Below, piece by piece: positions 56,209 to 63,519 of a stretch of 63,519 bases of DNA. The notes beneath the pieces are model-generated. The model was not told where the DNA came from. It worked only from the letters and a program-made list of their open reading frames with translations, and made no database searches. The position numbers were made by a program, and so were the translations under genes. This DNA is from Armatimonadota bacterium. GTDB taxonomy: Bacteria; Armatimonadota; UBA10988. Position 1 is the stretch's first letter. The number at the start of each line of letters is the position of its first letter. Location of the stretch: positions 1-63,519 of the forward strand of contig JACRKZ010000049.1 in NCBI GenBank assembly GCA_016235455.1, in the 5' to 3' direction.

Positions 56209-58395
56209 TCAATCGCTGCGCGGATCGGACGCGGCGCGCGAGGCGGCCAGGCGCTCCAACTCCGCCCGCACCTCGGGCGCCGAGTCCAGCAGCCCGCGGA
56301 AGTTGCGGCGCGTGAGCGTGAGGAACAGGCAGTTGGTGCGGGCCGTCACCGTGGCGTTGCGCGGCGCGTCGTTGAGCAGCGCCATCTCGCCGAACTCGTC
56401 GCCAGCGCCGAGCCGGGCCAACTCCAGGGCGGTGCCGTCCGGGCCACGCCGGGTGACGCTGGCCTGGCCCTGGGCGATGAGGTACAGCATGTCGCCGGGC
56501 GAGCCTTCCTCGAACACCACCTCACCCGCCGCCACGCGGGTACTGGCGAACTTGCCGGCCAGGTCGGCGAGGCGCTCGTCATCGACCGACCGGAGCAGAC
56601 CGACCGCGCGCAGCCGGCTCGGGGAGACGGCCGCCACGCTGCCATCGTCGCTGACCGAGAAGCCGCTCTGGCGACGCCACAGGTCGGCATACAGGCCGTC
56701 GGCGGCCAGCAGTTGCGCGTGGTTGCCCTGCTCGACAATGCGGCCACGGTCGAGCACGAAGATGTGGTCGGCGGCCGTGACCGAGGACAGCAGGTGCGTG
56801 ACGGCGATGGTGGTGCGGCCGCGGCCGGCACGCACCAGCGTCTGCGCCACGGCGGCTGCGGTGGCGGCGTCGAGCGCCGAGGTGGCCTCGTCGAGCAGCA
56901 GCACCCGCGGGTCGCCGGCCAGGGCACGCGCCAACGCCAGCCGCTGGCGTTGGCCGCCCGACAACTGCCCGCCGCGCTCGCCCACCGGCGTGTCGTAGCC
57001 CGCGGGCAGCGCCATGACCGTGTCGTGCACCTCGGCCTGGCGCGCGGCGGCCTCGATCTGCTCGTCACCAATCGCGGGCCGCTCGAGACACAGGTTCTCG
57101 CGCACCGTCGCATCGAACAGCAGGCTCTCCTGCATCACGATACCGAGTTGCGTGCGCCAGTCACGGCCGCTGACCAGGCTCAGGTCGACGCCGTCGACCT
57201 CGATGCGGCCGCTGGTGGGCGCGTAGAACCGGGCCAGCAGACCCAGCAGCGTGCTCTTGCCGGAGCCACTCGGCCCGACCACCGCCACGAACTCGCCGTG
57301 GTGGATGGTCAGGTTGACGCCGCACAGCACGTCGGGCCGGCCGGGATATCCGAAGCACACATCGTGCAGCGCCAGCTCGGCGTGCAGCGGCGCCAGCGGC
57401 TGACCAGACCCGCTGTCGAGCGCATCGGCCGGCTCGTCCAGCAACTCGCCCAGTCGGCGCAGCGAGCCCGCCGCGGCCACCAGGCTCGGCGCAGCCCGCG
57501 CGATGACCACCATCGACCAGCCCAGGTTCCAGAACACGGTCAGGAAGGCGATGAAGGTGCCGACGGTAAGCAGGTCGCGTTGCACCATCCAGGCCGACAC
57601 GGCCACCGCGCCCACCTGCACCGCGTAGATGCCGATGACCGTGGAGCGCTCGACCAGCGAGCCCAGAAAGACGCTCCGCCGCAGGCTCAACGACAACGGC
57701 GCCAGGGCTGCCTCGAAGCGGCGCGTGGCGAAGCCCTCCAGGCCGTAGGCCTTGATGACGCGGTGCGCCGAGACCGCCTCGCCCACACTGCCCAGCAAGG
57801 TGGCGCCGGCCTGCTGACGCTGGTAGTCCGCCGCCGCGGCGCGCGGGGCAACGAGCCGGGGCGCGAGCAGCACCAGCGGCCACACCACCGCACCCACCAG
57901 CGCCAGGTCCCAGCTCAGGAAGTAGAACAGCAGGCCCACGCCCATGGCCACGCTCAGCGCGGGCAGCACCACACTGCCCACCGCCGACGAGAGCAGCGCC
58001 TCCACCCCGGCCAGGTCAGCGGAGAAGCGCGACAGCACGGTGCCGCTGACATGGCTCTCGTGGTAGGCCACCGGCAGGCGCTGCACATGCGCGAACAGGG
58101 CGCGCCGCACGCTGGCCAGCATGCTCGACACGGCCCGGCCCCAGAGCCAGTCGCGCCAGACCGACAGCAGCGACGCCGCCACCAGCCAGGCCGCCAGCAC
58201 CGACAGGATGAGCGTGGTCGCCTGGGCGTCGTGGCGCAGCAGGGCATGGTCGATGAGGAAGCGGTAGCTGATGGTCAGGCAGCCGTCGAGCGAGACCTCG
58301 CAGGCGGCCAGCGGCAGGATGATCCACAGCGCCCGGCGGCAGCCCCAGAGCAGCCGCCACGCCCGCCGATCACCGCCCGCCGCGTGCTCATCCAT
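56209..58395 (-). CDS. ABC exporter (permease + ATPase) with C-terminal cyclic-nucleotide-binding domain
   Basis: GPSGSGKST, LSGGQRQR, LLLDEATSALD, and cNMP motifs VFEEGSPGDMLYLI and FGEMALL...PRNATV. Confidence 0.9.
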   Translation of the reverse strand: MDEHAAGGDRRAWRLLWGCRRALWIILPLAACEVSLDGCLTISYRFLIDHALLRHDAQATTLILSVLAAWLVAASLLSVWRDWLWGRAVSSMLASVRRALFAHVQRLPVAYHESHVSGTVLSRFSADLAGVEALLSSAVGSVVLPALSVAMGVGLLFYFLSWDLALVGAVVWPLVLLAPRLVAPRAAAADYQRQQAGATLLGSVGEAVSAHRVIKAYGLEGFATRRFEAALAPLSLSLRRSVFLGSLVERSTVIGIYAVQVGAVAVSAWMVQRDLLTVGTFIAFLTVFWNLGWSMVVIARAAPSLVAAAGSLRRLGELLDEPADALDSGSGQPLAPLHAELALHDVCFGYPGRPDVLCGVNLTIHHGEFVAVVGPSGSGKSTLLGLLARFYAPTSGRIEVDGVDLSLVSGRDWRTQLGIVMQESLLFDATVRENLCLERPAIGDEQIEAAARQAEVHDTVMALPAGYDTPVGERGGQLSGGQRQRLALARALAGDPRVLLLDEATSALDAATAAAVAQTLVRAGRGRTTIAVTHLLSSVTAADHIFVLDRGRIVEQGNHAQLLAADGLYADLWRRQSGFSVSDDGSVAAVSPSRLRAVGLLRSVDDERLADLAGKFASTRVAAGEVVFEEGSPGDMLYLIAQGQASVTRRGPDGTALELARLGAGDEFGEMALLNDAPRNATVTARTNCLFLTLTRRNFRGLLDSAPEVRAELERLAASRAASDPRSD

Positions 58396-59233
58396 GGCCG
58401 CGCCTGCAACAGAGGATGAGCCGCGCCGCACGGCTCGGGTCGTCGAAGTCGAACGGCCGGCCGTCGAACCCGCCGAGCGCCTCGATCTGGTCGAAGCCGG
58501 CGGCGCGCAGCAGCGCCAGTTCGTCCGCCAGGGCGATGTCGCGGAACACCACGCGCATCATCTCGCGGCGGGTGACGCGGTCGCCGTCCAGCCAGTCCAC
58601 GGCGTCGTATTTCACGGTGTACGGCCCGTCGGCCACGCCCATGAAGTTGGTTGTCTGCCGCACCAGCAGGCCTGTGTCCGGATCGGTCACCGTCTTGACC
58701 ACCTGCCAGACACCAGAATCGGCCGGGTCCGCGAGCCACGCAGGCCGGTCGTCGAACACAAACTGCCCGCCTGGCGCCAGGTGGTCGTGCACCGCGCGGA
58801 ACGCAGCCAGTCGGTCCGCATCGGTCAGCAGATGCGCCACCATGCCGTACGGCGCAACCGCCAGCTCAAAACGCTGGGGTAGCCGCAACTCGCGCACATC
58901 GACATGGGCTGCCTGCCAGCGGTCGCCAAAGCGCGCCAGGCGCGAATCGGCACGGGCCAGCATCGACGCGCTGGCATCGCAGCCGACGACCGTATGCCCA
59001 GCGCGCAGCAGGTGCTCGGCCAGCCGCCCGGTGCCGCTGCCCAGTTCCAGGACGGCGCCGCCGGCGGGCAGCGCGGCCGCGGCCCGGTCGAGGTAGAAGG
59101 CCACGTCGTCGCCCACGTCGTAGTAGAACAGGTCGTAGACGGGGGCCCACCGCTCATACTCGCCTAGGGGCGAGAGCAGTGCCCTCGGTGGCCAATCCAG
59201 ATCCATCGGCTGGCTGTGCACATGGGTCCCCAT
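58388..59233 (-). CDS. Class I SAM-dependent methyltransferase
   Basis: YDLFY..DDVAFY, VLELGSGTGR and HLAPGGQFVFD. Stop overlaps the ABC start. Start may be 59206. Confidence 0.85.
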   Translation of the reverse strand: MGTHVHSQPMDLDWPPRALLSPLGEYERWAPVYDLFYYDVGDDVAFYLDRAAAALPAGGAVLELGSGTGRLAEHLLRAGHTVVGCDASASMLARADSRLARFGDRWQAAHVDVRELRLPQRFELAVAPYGMVAHLLTDADRLAAFRAVHDHLAPGGQFVFDDRPAWLADPADSGVWQVVKTVTDPDTGLLVRQTTNFMGVADGPYTVKYDAVDWLDGDRVTRREMMRVVFRDIALADELALLRAAGFDQIEALGGFDGRPFDFDDPSRAARLILCCRRGHG

Positions 59234-59315
59234 CGCGCGCCGATTATGACCGACGATGGGAGACGTCGTCAAACGAGGCGCGCCATACTGCTCTCGGTAT
59301 GCGCGGGAGCCTGTC

Positions 59316-60467
59316 ATGACCACCACCCCCGACCAGTTGGCGCAACTCATCCTCGCTGACGACCTGCCGGCCATCAGGCTGGCCTTGGCGGCCGAGCCAC
59401 GGCTGATCGACGCGCCCGAGAGCAGCCTCGGCTGGCCACCCTTGCGCTGGGCGGCCTACCACGGCTGCAACGGTCGCGGCGAGCGCCTGCGCGGCGCGGT
59501 GGCGGTGCTGCTGGAGTACGCGGGCCAGGTGGATCTGCACACCGCCGCGCTGCTCGATCGCGGCGATCTCGCCGCGCGGGCCGTCGCCCACGGTGCCGAC
59601 GTCGAGGCGGTCGACGCCGATGGCCTGACGGCGCTGCACCTCGCCGCCGAGCGCGGCAGCGTGGCGGTCGCCAAGGTGCTGCTGGACCAGGGCGCCGACC
59701 CCAACCGCCCCACCCCCCGCGGTGAAACCGCCTTGGCGCTAGCCGCGCACCCGGGGCCGCTCAAGCCGACCGAAGCGCGCGAGGTGGTCGACCTGCTCCG
59801 CGCCCACGGCGCCGAGGTGGACTTGCACAGCGCTGCGATGCTCGGTGATACGGAACTGCTGACCACGCTGCTCGACGCCAGGCCCACTGCCGTCGATACG
59901 CCGGACGCGGGCGGTGCTACAGCCCTCTTTCATGCCGCGCACAACCTGCGCCTGGCGGCGGTGGATCTGCTGCTGGCGCGCGGCGCCGACGCCGGGCGGG
60001 CGCGGCCGGATGGCCAGACCCCGCTCTCGGCGGCAGTCGACCATCGTTGGGACCAGGGCGGCGAGGCGGTAGTGGCCCGGCTGCTGGCCGCGGGGCCCAC
60101 GGTGGATCTGTTCAGCGCCGCGCAACTCGGCATGACCGAGCGCGTGGTCGAGCTGGTCGAGGCCGACCCGGCGCTGCTGGCGACCACCCGCTACGGTTAC
60201 GGCTGCCTCTACCTCACCGCCGCCGCCGGCCATGCCGAGACCGTGGGCGCGCTGTTGCGCCTTGGCGCTGATCCGAACGAGCCCGACCCGTACCACGGGG
60301 CAACTCCGCTGCACGAGGCCGCGAACTGGGGGCGCCTGGCGACCACCCGCGTGCTGCTGGAGGGCGGCGCCGATCCCGCGCTGACCAACCGCGCGGGCCA
60401 GACGGCGGCACAGGTGGCCCGCGACCGAGGCTGGGATGCCGTGGCGACCGCCATCGCCAGGCGGTAG
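59316..60467 (+). CDS. Ankyrin-repeat protein
   Basis: Repeated GxTALHxAA / LLxxGADPN units (GLTALHLAAERG, GATALFHAA, GATPLHEAANWG). Confidence 0.9.
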   Translation: MTTTPDQLAQLILADDLPAIRLALAAEPRLIDAPESSLGWPPLRWAAYHGCNGRGERLRGAVAVLLEYAGQVDLHTAALLDRGDLAARAVAHGADVEAVDADGLTALHLAAERGSVAVAKVLLDQGADPNRPTPRGETALALAAHPGPLKPTEAREVVDLLRAHGAEVDLHSAAMLGDTELLTTLLDARPTAVDTPDAGGATALFHAAHNLRLAAVDLLLARGADAGRARPDGQTPLSAAVDHRWDQGGEAVVARLLAAGPTVDLFSAAQLGMTERVVELVEADPALLATTRYGYGCLYLTAAAGHAETVGALLRLGADPNEPDPYHGATPLHEAANWGRLATTRVLLEGGADPALTNRAGQTAAQVARDRGWDAVATAIARR

Positions 60468-60594
60468 CAGCCCGGCGGGGGTCGCGACGCAACCACGGTG
60501 GCCACCTGCCCGTCGTCCGCGCCACAATAGCGGATAGAGAGCAGGTGATGATGGGCCCGATGTGTCGCGTAGTCGTTGAGACGGTCGGGTCCGC

Positions 60595-63351
<2,757 letters not shown>

Positions 63352-63519
63352 GACGGCGGCTCGGCGCAACCCCGCGATCAGCGCCAAGGAGTCCCCACGC
63401 CCTCGGCGAACGCGGTCTCCCAGCAACCGACCGGGAGAGCATGATGAAGTTGGCCCTGAACGGAGCCGAGCCTACGATGCCCGCGGGCACCATTCTGCCC
63501 AGTCCGCCCATCACCGCGC

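Noticed and set aside
63441-63519. Possible gene start (MMKLALNG...) at the window end
   Set aside because: Only 26 codons are visible, too few to support a call.

Overview
GC-rich bacterial chromosomal segment with about 40 genes. No rRNA, CRISPR array, integrase or transposase is visible. A Phe-terminated putative porin, lipoproteins and three prepilin-type/H-X9-DG (DUF1559-like) paralogues point to a diderm organism, probably Armatimonadota or PVC-like (inference). Housekeeping and metabolic genes: mdh, hemC, secG followed by tRNA-Leu(GAG), avtA, a WecA/TagO-like transferase, a P-type ATPase, two ABC exporters, a DASS transporter and an aldo/keto reductase. There are also several carbohydrate-active enzymes (clan GH-A, GH78, GH2, polysaccharide deacetylase, DUF1080) and three sensor kinases. 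Two loci stand out. (1) 33912-39002: an ECF sigma factor directly followed by a 1489-aa protein that fuses an anti-sigma-like N-terminus and TM helix to a thioester-less alpha-2-macroglobulin body with an extra membrane hairpin, a possible extracellular protease/ligand-sensing sigma switch. (2) 53367-59233: a co-oriented cluster of a methyltransferase, a cNMP-domain ABC exporter, an orphan Hcp-fold protein with a lipoprotein signal, and a lipoprotein fusing a pepsin-like aspartic protease to a TolB-like propeller. Also present are an orphan glycyl-radical enzyme with a GCNE loop, a compositionally atypical HEPN-motif gene and three decayed genes (Avs/Mrr-like nuclease remnant, DUF1559 deletion allele, truncated PIN toxin). 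All family calls come from motifs recognised by eye; no database search was run. Start codons were re-chosen by RBS and protein context.
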